Assembly (NCBI GenBank): GCA_051294905.1
Contig: CM119371.1
Coordinates: 10,480,001 to 10,544,000, forward strand
DNA from: Botryllus schlosseri
Taxonomy: Eukaryota
Length of the DNA: 64,000 nt
Direction: 5' to 3'
Below the pieces are notes generated by a model. That model searched no databases and was not told where the DNA came from. It saw only the letters and a program-made list of their open reading frames with translations. How positions within the stretch are numbered: the first letter of the stretch is position 1; each line of letters begins with the position of its first letter. Of this stretch, positions 50,491 to 62,100 are shown piece by piece. The position numbers and the translations under genes were made by a program.

Positions 50491-51644
50491 AGGGGGCGGC
50501 CAACCCGTGGTCCGCGAGAAGGTTTTGAGTGACCCGCGAGGTAATTGTCGAAATTAGTCATATTATCAAAATGAATTTCCCAGATTTTGATTTTGCAAGG
50601 TTAACCAAATATCAGATTAGCCTGGCCGCAACACTTGGGATGTTAATTATTAAAATATTAGTTTCGACGAATCGGGAGATTCGGGGGCCTGTCACAATTT
50701 TGACAGAACTTCGTATATACCAATGAAGTAAAATAGCTTGCAGTAGATTCTTTTAGAGTGGAATTTTTCTTCAAGCGTCGCGCGATATGTTGTCACTCGA
50801 TTTCCTGCTTTTAATATTGGTACGCCCTCTTAAAAACGAGAAAGCACGCATAATTGATCAGATTGAGTCTCATTATATTCGAAATTTCGAGAGAAAGTGT
50901 TGTCCAATATGCGACGTCGTGTGTGGGCTCGTAGAAAGATCGTATACGATGAAACCTGAGCGCAAAATGATTCACACATGTTGGCTGAAACCTTTGATAT
51001 CGATATGTCCAGCAGAGATGAGCATGGATTAGGATTAGGTTTTGAAAAAACAGGATTTGTGAAATTTTGTCGGATTTGGATTGGATTTGGATTGGACATT
51101 TTTTTCAGAACGGATTAGGATTTGGATTGGATTTACCTATTTTCTGGGAGATTGAGATGTTGTGTGGCGAATGGCGACAAACTTTATTCAGATCAGTTAT
51201 TAATGTACTTATGGATACTAAGTTATCTTGAATCAAGTAAATCGTTGGTTGTGAAAGAAAATTTTCGAATCCCTCCATTGCATAAATTAGCATTTTTTCT
51301 GAATTTCCAGATGGAATCGGATTAGGATTGGACATGGACTTGAATATGAAAAAGTTATGGATTAGGATTTGGATTTTGATTTGAAGGTTCGGATTTGGAT
51401 TGGATTAGGACATAGAAATTTCAAATCCGCTCATCTCTGATGTCCAGGCGTCGAATAGTCCTGTCCTTGCGCATTGAACCCAGCGGTATACAGTAAACCC
51501 ACAATATACTCAAATAACTAAATTGTTACCTGTAATTCATTTACAAACCTTGCGAAAAAATTTAGCGCTTCCTGCGGCTGGTGGCCCGTGTAATGGTTCG
51601 TCACGGACATGTGGACCTTTGGCTAAAAAGGTTGGACACCCCTG
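50491..51644. mobile_element. hAT (Charlie-like) non-autonomous element
   Basis: Ends AGGGGGCGGCCAACC...GGTTGGACACCCCTG; TSD GCTT(G/A)GAT; paralogous empty site near 58338. Confidence 0.7.
51013..51439. mobile_element. CAGAGATGAGC-family MITE nested in 50491-51644
   Basis: Perfect TIR CAGAGATGAGC...GCTCATCTCTG; perfect 8-bp TSD ATGTCCAG. Confidence 0.92.
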
Positions 51645-52294
51645 GCTTAGATCATTAGTATAATGCGAGTAATTGAACGACTGAACCAGCGGTTTTCAAC
51701 CGCCGTGCCGCGAAAAAATCGAGGTGACGCTTGTTATCGTCGACATAAAACAATTATTAGAGGGGTACCACCTATAACTATGATGTGGTAGTAAATTTAA
51801 GTTGGAACTGTGAAAACAATTTTATAAAGGGCCATTCTCCCATGACACTTGTAATTTTTCTGCCCACCGTAAATACTATTTTATTCAAATCAAAATTGTT
51901 CGGCGGCAATTTCTTCTCTTGTAGCAATGCGGTTACTGGTGGGAATTGAACCAAATTTGATATGTAGGATAAGATTACAATGCCTAACAATTTTATCAGG
52001 TGGCCAGTACAATTTGAGAGAAAAAGGTCATTTTTGAACACCCTAATTCAGGGGCGGGCAACATACGGCCCACGGGCCGGATACGGCCGCGACGGGATTT
52101 TGTCCGGCCCGCGAACAGATTCTCATCTTACATCATAATGTGGCCCGCGGTAGATATACTTGCTTACTACGTCAAATTTTAGTGACTGCATGTTATTACG
52201 TTTGTGCGCAGCGTGCGAGAGTGGAGCTTACGCGTAAGTTCGTCGAAGCGAGAAGACTTGCATTATCGGTATTTACGATCTACTCAACCCTAAT

Positions 52295-53165
52295 GTTTTG
52301 TTTGTGGTAATCATGGTGTTTGTCAGGGTTGTAATGACTCGAGTCATGACTCGACTCGAGTCCGACTCGAGTGACGATTTTCTGATGACTCGACTTGACC
52401 CGAGTCATTTTTTCAAAATACGGAAATGACTCGACTCGACTCGAGTCAATCTGTGTATTGACTCGACTTAGACTCGAGTCATTGCGCATGACTCGGACCA
52501 CGTCATTGACTCGAGACTCAGACGGTCAAGACCGACAATTCATTGTAATTTCGAAGAATTGTGAAGTAACCATCCTACTGGGATTTCGTCTGATTGGTAC
52601 TGGTATCTTGCGGAAACTGCTAAAAGTGAGGAAAATTTGTATATTATACATGCGAAACATTCGATATCACCAAACAGAGTTATATAAAGTGAGTTTAACA
52701 AGACTTTACCTGGAAACTGAGCAGTCAACACAATGACTTGGACTCGAGTCATAATACCATGACTCGGATTTGACCCTCTTCTCGATGACTTGGACTCGGA
52801 CTTGACTCGGTGGTGAATTCAAAATGACTCGACTTGACTGGAGTCAAAACAATAAAAGTGAAATTGACTTGTGACTCGGAGCCTTGTGACTTGGTTACAA
52901 CTCTGGTGTTTGTCGACTACAATGATCATTTACACCAGGCCGATATTCTTCTTATTTTTGATTCCGTAAACGCCGACTTGTAGCACGGCCCACTTCTGGG
53001 CTTTTAGAAGACACCGCTTACACAGATGAGTTGGCGAGGAGGAGCCTAGATAGACCTCAAACACTTAGGCAGGAATTCTTGAGTCGACCTCGATCGGACT
53101 CGGACTCGAACTCACAACCCATTGGTGTTGTAGCTGTGGATTATGCCATTACGCAATCGCGCCAC
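52295..53165 (-). mobile_element. tRNA-derived SINE, copy 2, interrupted by a MITE
   Basis: Colinear with 12541-12821; 15-bp TSD CTAC(T/C)CAACCCTAAT. Confidence 0.78.
52324..52905. mobile_element. GACTCGAGTC-repeat MITE
   Basis: TIR CAGGGTTGTAA...TTACAACTCTG; perfect 8-bp TSD GTGTTTGT. Confidence 0.88.
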
Positions 53166-53363
53166 CTACCCAACCCTAATTAATTGATATCTTGGTAAAT
53201 TTGGGGTACCGGGCTTATCGAACGCCTTGAAATCTTGCACTGTGTGTTGATGGATCAGAGAGAAGCAGGCATGGCGGCGCCTGTATGACAATGCTGTTCT
53301 CAAATCACCATTGTATTCGTCAATATCGACGAGAATTGGCTTTGAAATGACATTGCTGTTGTT

Positions 53364-53732
53364 TAGGGTTACCATATTTTGGAAATCTGGAAAGAGGCCA
53401 ATTTTTCAAAATTTTCAGACCTGCAATATCGGAGGAGAATCGAGAAAAAATGTTAATTTTTCCCACTTCGTGATCGGTTGACTAATATAAAAAATTCAAC
53501 TTTCCGGCTCAAACCCCGAATTACAATTTTTCTTTCACATTATCCGATGATTGACTAAAAAAATCATCTTCCCGGCTCAGCTCCCGAAATAGCCGCCGGG
53601 GCGTTATTTCAGTGCTGATTTATGGTATCTCAGTCGCATTTTGCCCGATGTTTAACTAAAATTTTCAAAAATGAGAGCGTCCTCGGAGGACACTTTCAAA
53701 AAAGTCAAAAAAGAGGACGTATGGTAACCCTA
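53364..53732. mobile_element. hAT-type MITE (TAGGGTTACCATA termini)
   Basis: Perfect TIR TAGGGTTACCATA...TATGGTAACCCTA; perfect 8-bp TSD CTGTTGTT. Confidence 0.9.
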
Positions 53733-54175
53733 CTGTTGTTAAAATAAATTCAACACGATTTATTCCTTGCATATGTGGATAAATGGGCGAATAACGTATC
53801 GATTCAGCAATCCAGCCCGCCAAGTACTTGATTTTCCTATATCCGGCCCGCGAACTGGAGAAGTTGCCCGCTCCTGCCCTAATTAAACTATCACCAAGTT
53901 TCATGGCAAAATCTTTACTGATAGTTAATTCGAATTCACTACCACCTCACAGATTCGCCAGGATCCATCTTAATCGCAAATTCTTACAGCTACTGGATAA
54001 TAGATACGTTTACAGTCAGTTCTCGTGGTCTCAATTTTGTATTTGGGAACGTACATTCGACTCATGTCGGGTGAGCACTCGTTACTATCTTTCGCAGTGA
54101 CACGCGATGAAACTGAACTTGGTCATGATTTGCTATTTCGGCATCGATCAAACCACGTATTAGAAAACAAATTAG

Positions 54176-55090
54176 TAGGGATGGTGTGAACCTCTGAAAG
54201 GTTCAGGTTCGTGTGAACGCGAACCTTTGTGAATGGTTTCCGTGTGAACTCCAACGTTAACCTCATGACGTCACGTGACGTCATATTGCTAATTCCAACC
54301 CTACTTTTCAAAGAAGTGATATATATTATTGTACAGGTACACGATACCTAGCAACGACTCGGGCCACATAATGCCACAATTCGGAAGTAGCCTACATACT
54401 GACTTTTCAAATGTCGCCAAATGTGTCAAATGGGGCAATCAAATGATATGATAATCCCATGAAATCAATATCTTTCCGTCACTTCGATAGCACTTTCGAC
54501 GAGGACTGGCAAAGGAATATAAGCAGTCTAGGCCAGACAGTGTTATCCCATTAACAAGTTATACAGCAGTAGCCAATACCTCAATCGCACGGATTTGGTT
54601 TGTATGATACAATAAACATACGAAATCGCGATAGGCCCGAACGCTTGCTTGATTTTTCACATCAGACAACGATATCAATTTCATTTATTGGGTAAATAAG
54701 CATCATTCGCTTATTACCTACATGCAGGGTATTTTGCTTTTGTTGTTGTGCGATTTCGGGCCAAGCTGACAGCAGAGATTCACTAAATATTCACATACAG
54801 AAAGCTCGATATTTCGAACAAACTTTTGTTACAAAGCGAGTACAACTTTTGAGATTGTCAAGGCACATGCTAGTTTAGTGTTGATTTTTATGCTGTCATG
54901 GATAAAGTGGCACGCAGTTGAAATGCAATAAATTTCAAATAAATATGTCAATAATGATGTGAAAATTGTAATATATGAAAAAGGTTCACAATGCAGAACC
55001 TACCAAGGTTTTTTTGCGAAAATGAACCTCTAAATTTCGGAGGTTCACACACAGAACGCGAACGTGAACGTCACTTTCACACCATCCCTA
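54176..55090 (+). mobile_element. TAGGGATGGTGTGAAC-family MITE
   Basis: TIR TAGGGATGGTGTGAA...TTCACACCATCCCTA; TSD C(AA/TT)ATTAG. Confidence 0.88.
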
Positions 55091-55362
55091 CTTATTAGTT
55101 TATATAAGTTGGAGCAAGCAAAAACGGATCTTGCCTGGAACTGGATAAGAGGCATAATCGTAGTTTGGGTATTATACACGGATATAATAAAATGGCTGTA
55201 ATAAAATGAAAATTTTAAATAGCTGAGACAATATCGACTGCATGCCGTAGGTACGAGCATTAGTTCGAACCCATGTACCGTATATATATATAATTTTATA
55301 CAATAAAATTGGATAACACAATAATTGCTAACTATAGAAGCACATTGAACTACTATAAAATA

Positions 55363-57890
55363 TCAGACTTGTTTAGCATCTTGTAAATATGTCCAAATAA
55401 ACAGAATAGCCATAAGAAAGCACAACAAAAAGGGAATCGGAAACAAGACACAGATCGCGGAGCCGAAATTTTCCATCAAGACATGCACGCAAGCTGTGCT
55501 CAATAATATGACGACAGCTCCACCTGCCGTCAGAATGCTATACGATTTTAAGCGAATGGAACTGCACAGGTTCGCAGTTATTCCCGATCCGCGGTGTTTC
55601 AGACAAATCATCAACGCAGAACGTGTGAATGATAACATTAGATACCACACAGAAACACTAGCGATGTTGTTACAGTGGAAGCAAGCTACTGAACCAGTGA
55701 AAGCTAGGATGAGCAATGAAGAAACGCAAATTATTGTCAGTCTCGGTTTGTAAAATTTATCAAGAATTTGACCAACCATAGGCCTTGCAGCAGTTGCGGT
55801 TACGATTCCAATGATAAACAGCAACCCCACAAGCTGATCATTTAAATATGAAAATTCTTTCAATATCAAAGAAGATATAAGCGTGACGCCGTATGCTTTG
55901 TGGATCATCGTGAAAGCGCACACGATAAAAAATATCGCGTATGGGCGATAGGAGAATAGAAATGCGACGTCTTTCATCTCTATATTCACGCCGTGAGACG
56001 GCGATGTCTGCAGCTGCACTAAAGGCGTATTTTCGTTTCGTGCTGGATCATTATTTATCTCGCTGTGCTCGCAAACAGGCGGCTTGTCAGACACGAAGCA
56101 TATTACTAAAACGCAACAAAATAAGGACATTATCGACAATGAACCGAATGTCGAAGCCAAAACTATCTTAAATCTGTTATTAATATTTTCAGAAGTAGTA
56201 GAGAATATCGATGTTTGCTCAAGCTGTTGATGGCTATAGGGCAGGGGTCTCCAACACGCGGCCCGCGAGGTCCTATTTTGCGGCCCGCGACCTGATTTGA
56301 ACAAATTTCAGAAAAACGCTTAGTAAATCATTTTTAAACGCTGAAAATTATTTCAATTGAAACATAATGTTGTTGTTGTTTGAAGTAAGCCATTACACTG
56401 TGCCCAATATCACTATTCCTTACTAGTTGATACGGCTTCGACATGGTAATATCATTCCATGGATGAAGAATTTGCTGGTACGAATGGGCATAATATTGCC
56501 TTGACGTGCAATGGCCCACCACTGCCAAGACCGAGACGCGTGAAAAACGACTTCGGGCTCTCCAAAAGACCATGCTTTACGAGGAGATAGTTGTTTAGCA
56601 AGTAGGCCTACCGTGTCTGGCTAATCCAAATATTGATTCTTTAATCCAGGGGTGGCCAATCTGCGGTAGTAGAAGGGAAATTATGCGGCTGTCGACACTT
56701 TTGATAACAACCCTACGTTTTCTAAGATACCCCCTGCATCAGCTCTATCGGTGAATCTGATCACATTGGCCGGGAAAGGATAAATATTTTATAGTAATAT
56801 GTGAAACCATACGAATATTGACGAAATTCACTAATAAACATGAAAAATTTTTCGCGCTTCGCGCGACTACAGACCGGGGTGTCCTGTGGCTATTACAACA
56901 TAACTACTAACGATTTCGGTCCGCATAGTAAGCCGATGTGCATAAATTGATTAGTTCGGAGTGTACCGACAATGGACATGGACAGTTTACCGTGGGCATT
57001 TGGCCCCAGCTAGTTTATCACGACTATAACAACCGGTATGCGGCCGCAGGCTACATGAGTAATCGAAAAGCGGCCATGAAGAGCAAACATGTGGGCCACC
57101 CCTGTTTTAGCGGCTACAGAGTGTCAGGTATCGTGTACAGCTCATAGTTCAAAATATAACGAAATTGGAAATTGATGATCATGATACTTTTGTTGTATTT
57201 GTCTTTGTTCAATAAAATATTATTTCTTTTGTGGTGACTATAACCGTCGCCCATGTTAGAGAGCACAGCATTGTAATAACGAAGAGTTATCAGATGTGGT
57301 TGCTGAACTGCTTTGCCTACTTTTATATCGATATTGATGTCCTGCGGCCCGCGGCATCTCGGCATTCGGAAAAGTGGCCCGCGACCCATTTTGAGTTGGC
57401 GACCCCTGCTATAGGGATTCCCCATTGCTCTCGTAGCAACCAAGTTGGACATCAAAGAGGCTAACCGCCTTGTAGCCGATGACATTGCTGTCGCTTTTCC
57501 TCTTGCATGCAAAGGAAACCAATTCACGGACACTAGCTGTGCTATCGGTATTATAATTCCGGCGGCGTTACCGGATAGAAACATCCCAGTAACTAAGACT
57601 CCAAATATTCTTGACAGAACTCCAATTGTTATCAATAGAGTGGCGCATACGTTTAAGACGCAGGCTAGCAAAGTGATTTGCCGAAGGCTGATCCAACCAC
57701 CGATCACGCAAATGACAACAACGCTAGTCAGTCTACCGACGAGATTGGCGATTACTTGTAAGTCGGTCATGGCTGGATCGATTCCGAAATACATCGAAGT
57801 GATATCGTTGACAAAGGAGAATGATCCGAAACTGGAGACATCCAATACGGTGATGAAACACACTATCGATAAAATGCTCCAGCTGTTCCA
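55363..57890 (-). pseudogene. MFS transporter (SLC49-like) copy 3, split by a hAT MITE and lacking the paralogous start region
   Basis: ORF halves 57114-57917 and 55363-56304 join in frame at PYS (the TSD). Motif SVNWFPLHARGKATAM. About 0.4 kb containing the ATG of copies 1 and 2 is missing. Confidence 0.82.
56242..57408. mobile_element. hAT (Charlie-like) MITE with a probable older nested element (~56647-57104)
   Basis: TIR CAGGGGTCTCCAAC...GTTGGCGACCCCTG; perfect 8-bp TSD CTATAGGG. Confidence 0.88.
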
Positions 57891-58553
57891 CGAACGAAGA
57901 ACGAGAGAAAAGTGCAAAAAATTATGTCTGCTGTAATGACCGAGGAATACAGTTCAACATCGCCAGACTGTGACATTGGGCACTATGCCGAGGTGGATGC
58001 ATAGATTAAGAGACCAGAACTTATGGTCGTTTCGTTATCCTCCTCGCTGTTCATTGCATTGCATTGTGTCTCGTATATCGCATTGATCACTGTGTATGTG
58101 TCTGCGCAGATGGAAATATAATCCGGCGATGATCGATTATAATGCAACTAATGTTAATAATTGTATGCATGGAAAGCAAAAAACTCACTGCTATTCGCTA
58201 TGATTGATTGATTGATTTACCTTAAATCATTATGTCCAGGAATCATCAATTAAGGTAAGTATTTTTAAACAGCTATCGTAGTATCAGTCGGATGAATCTC
58301 GAAGCATTGCTAGTTGTTTTCCTTGATTTTCATTATGGCTTAGATCATGAGCATTATCTTGGGTAATTGAATGACGGAACCAGCGGTTATTATCCGCTGT
58401 GCAGCGACTGCTCAGGAGTGCAGCGAAAAAAATGAGGTAAAGCTGTTTGCCGTCGACATAAAACAATTATGAAAGGGGTACCACCTATATATATGATGTG
58501 ATATCAAATTCAAATTGGAAGTGTGAAAACAATTTTATAAACAGCCTTGTCCT

Positions 58554-58932
58554 TGTTATTGACACAATCAGTCCTTCACAGCGACTGATACAACTCGACG
58601 GCGAGTTGGACTGGAGCAATCGTTGCGAGTAATGACTGGCTCAGTATGATTAACTGACTGCATATAGTCCAGACACAATAAGTTCCCCTTTGTGTGTATT
58701 GTAGAATGACGATCAAACAACCCAGACTATAGCATATCGTTAAAAATTACGTTGGCAAATACTCTAAATATGAGATCACAATAGTGACAGTTAGAATCAA
58801 GAACGACAAAAGACCCTGTTTACATTACGGCGACTACGGAAAGACTGAGCATGTGCTACTACACTTGCCCTCATGCGGCGAGGCGATCATGTGTGACGTT
58901 ATCATAGATACGGTCTGAAAACTAACGTGACA
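58554..58932 (-). repeat. 3' LTR of the BEL/Pao retrotransposon (~379 bp)
   Basis: TG...CA termini. On the minus strand it is preceded by a G-rich PPT-like tract (CACGGGGGCGGCTA|TGT). Similarity to paralogous host flanks stops at ~58550. Confidence 0.65.
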
Positions 58933-59180
58933 TAGCCGCCCCCGTGGCAAAACATAATTGCAAAAGGCAGTTATCGTTGAGACACAGGAACAAATGAAGG
59001 AACGGAGGTTTTCAGATAATGAAGACAATCGGGGAGTGAAGAAATATACAAACCAGGAACAATGTACAGAAAGCTAATACAGCATCAGCAAGCGACGGCA
59101 ATGTACAGAAAAGGTGCATCATGAGTAACTGCGATGTAAAATTGGCAAGATCAAGAAAGCATGCAATAAGAAAGGGAAGG

Positions 59181-62100
59181 TTATTCCAGTTCAAGACGAC
59201 ACAATTTCCGGATGTCGCGACTATAAGTACCAATGGGCGTACGTACAGTAACTTTACGCACCAATCCGTGCTTATCAGGGAAGACCTCCTCAACAATAGC
59301 CTTGGGCCACTTGCCGCGGGGCGCATTTGAGTCAGACATGAGGACTACATCTCCTACTTTGAAGTTAGGCGTTTGGTCAAGCCACTTGGAGCGAGATTGC
59401 AACAATGGTAGGTACTCTTTTAACCACCTTTCCCAAAAGAGATCGAGTTTGCGCTGTACACAACGCCAATTTTTGGAATAGTCATCTGCTTTGCAGAATT
59501 TGTGAGTTGGGACAGAGGGGTCAAGCCTTCCGAGAATTATTGAATTGGGAGTCAGACACGGTAAATCTCCTGTGTCATCGGAAAGTGGCGTCAATGGCCT
59601 ATCGTTTAAAATACGAGCGACTCCATAAAACAGTGCAGATAATGTGTTATCGTGAAATACTGCATTGTGATTCAGAGCATAAAGAACACGTTTGCACAGG
59701 GCTACTACTCGCTCGACGCAGCCATTGAAGTGCGGGGCGAGACTGGGTGAAAAGTGCCATTGGATGCCTCTGTCGGCTAGGGACGAGGCCACTTGCTTTG
59801 AGTTTAGATTACCGACAGCCTTCGCAAGTTCTTTTTGCGCACCAACAAAGGTTGTAGCGTTGTCACTGAAAATGTGGGCTGGCCTGCCCCGGATGTCACA
59901 GAATTTGAAAAATGCCATCAGAAAGGCTGATGTTTCTAGGGATTCGACCACTTCTAAGTGGACAGCACGGGTACATAGGCAGGTGAATACGCAGCCGTAA
60001 CGCTTGAGCTCGGTGCGATTGCGTCGGCAGGACAACGGACCAAAATAATCAACCATTGTGTAATTGAAAACATTTTTGTGTGGCGTGAGGCGGTAATGCG
60101 GGAGGTCGGCCATGTATTGGGAGCCTAGAGTCGCTTGTCGACATTGACAGAATATACATTTGTGGAGTACTTTGCGAATGGAAGTCTGGCCTCTCATGAT
60201 CCAGAATTTTTCTCGAATTAGGGACAGAACTTGTAGCGTGCCACAATGGCCATTCGTGACATGGTAGTGGCGAATGATCAAGCGAGTGACATGGTGCCCG
60301 GAAGGCAATATCATAGGATTTTTTGCATCCTCCGGGAGCTGAGAGCGATTCAGTCGGCCTTTTACACGCATAACCCCATTTGAAACGTACGGTATCAATT
60401 TAGCCAAAGAATTGGGAACAAGCTTTTTGTTAACGAGAAACTGATCGGCGGCGCGCGCGTTGTCATGAAACGGTTTGGTGGCACCAGGGAACGACTCGCT
60501 TTGCACAAGTCTAACAATTTCTCTTGTAGCTTCCTCCAGCTCATCGACGGTGAGGAAACCGGTGCGCGGTGTAAGCAGCGGGTCTCCAGACGGGCCTTTT
60601 GTCTTCTTGCGCAGCACAGAACGTAGTCGTAAGATCCAGGCGGTCGAGCGGACGAGTTTCGTGAAAGAGGAGAAACTGTTCAGGTAGTCGTCCAGCGATC
60701 TCGTTGTAGGTGTTACGTCTATCGAAAACACTGGTTCGATTTTTGTTGCGGAACGGTGAGCTTTGTTGTGTCCAGGCCATGAGTCGGCAGGCTGGAGCAA
60801 GAAGTCGGGGCCCGCGAACCACATTCTTGCGAGCTGCCAACGATGAGGCATTACGCCACGTGAGCCGATATCTGCTGGATTGTTGGCGGAGGCAACATGC
60901 TGCCATTGATCGACTCGCGACAGAGCACGAATCTTGAGTAGTCGTTGATGTACAAAAGTGTCGAATCGGGCTGAAGTGCTCCTGATGCTTTGGAGCACCG
61001 AGGTACTGTCGGTCCAGTAGTGAACAGTGTCGATATTGTAGTCAACATCTTTTATAACGTCTCGGGCGAGCTTGATGCAGGTTACGGCAGCCGTGAGTTC
61101 CAGTCTGGGAATGCTGGGAGCATTCTGCGGCACGACTCTGGAGATGCCTCTGACAAACGACACGTGGACGTTGCCGTCAGAGTCCTCGAAACGAAAATAG
61201 CAACAGGCTGCGTAGCCGGATTTACTAGCATCGGCAAAAGAATGTAGTTGAATGTTCACCGGCGAGAATCCTGGTGGTTTATAACACCTGGGAAAAGAAA
61301 GCTTTTCGAGTTCCGGAAGCGAGTTGACCCATTTGGTCCACTTCGCACTGAAGCTCTCGTCGATCGGTGTGTCCCAATCTAGGTCGAGACGAGAAATTTC
61401 CTGTAGGAGTGCCCTTGCTGGTAACAGGAACGGGCTCAGGTATCCGAAAGGAGTATAGATCTGAGCGATTTGACTTGCGATGCCTCTGCGAGTGAAAGGC
61501 TTAGGTACGATGTTAGTCCGTGCACGGAGTGTGTCTTCATTCATGTTCCAGATAACACCCAACGTTCGCTCGTTATCTGAATTCGCGAAGTCGAGATCAA
61601 CCAGATTGGAAGCGCGGGCTTCTCCGGGAATCCGGGACATAATCGCAGAACTACCGCTGGCAAATTTCGTCAGATTGAATCCGTAATGTGCGAAAAGCGT
61701 TCGCAGTTCTTCGACGGTCTTGATAGAGGTCTCGAGATCATCTGACGAATGGAGTATGTCATCGACATACGTGTTCCGCAAGATACAGTCTAGAGTAGGC
61801 TTGGCGGCGCTCGTGCCGTTTTGTAAGACTATCTGTCGTAGACAGAATTGTGCAACACAGGGAGAGGACGTGCTTCCGAATACGTGAGATGTCATCTGGT
61901 AATCGGTTGCTCTACCATCTAGTTTGCTGTCAGCGAACCAGAGGAATCGCAAGCTGTCCGAGTCTTCTGGATAGGTTTGTATTCTCGAGAACATCTGTGC
62001 GAGGTCTGCAACCCAAGGGTGTCTGCCCATACGGAAACGGCATAGGACCCCGATGAGAGAAGAATTCACGTCAGGGCCACTGAGCAGTTGGCTATTTAGA

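Larger units (their letters stand above)
52049..53876. mobile_element. hAT-type element hosting a SINE and two MITEs
   Basis: TIR CAGGGGCGGGCAAC...GTTGCCCGCTCCTG; perfect 8-bp TSD CCCTAATT. Confidence 0.85.

Noticed and set aside
56234..57416. TE insertions in MFS copies 2 and 3 acting as spliceable introns (introner-like)
   Set aside because: Copy 3 has a plausible acceptor (CCCTATAG) but no frame-preserving GT/GC donor at the junction. Copy 2 lacks convincing sites. RNA-seq would be needed to revive the idea.
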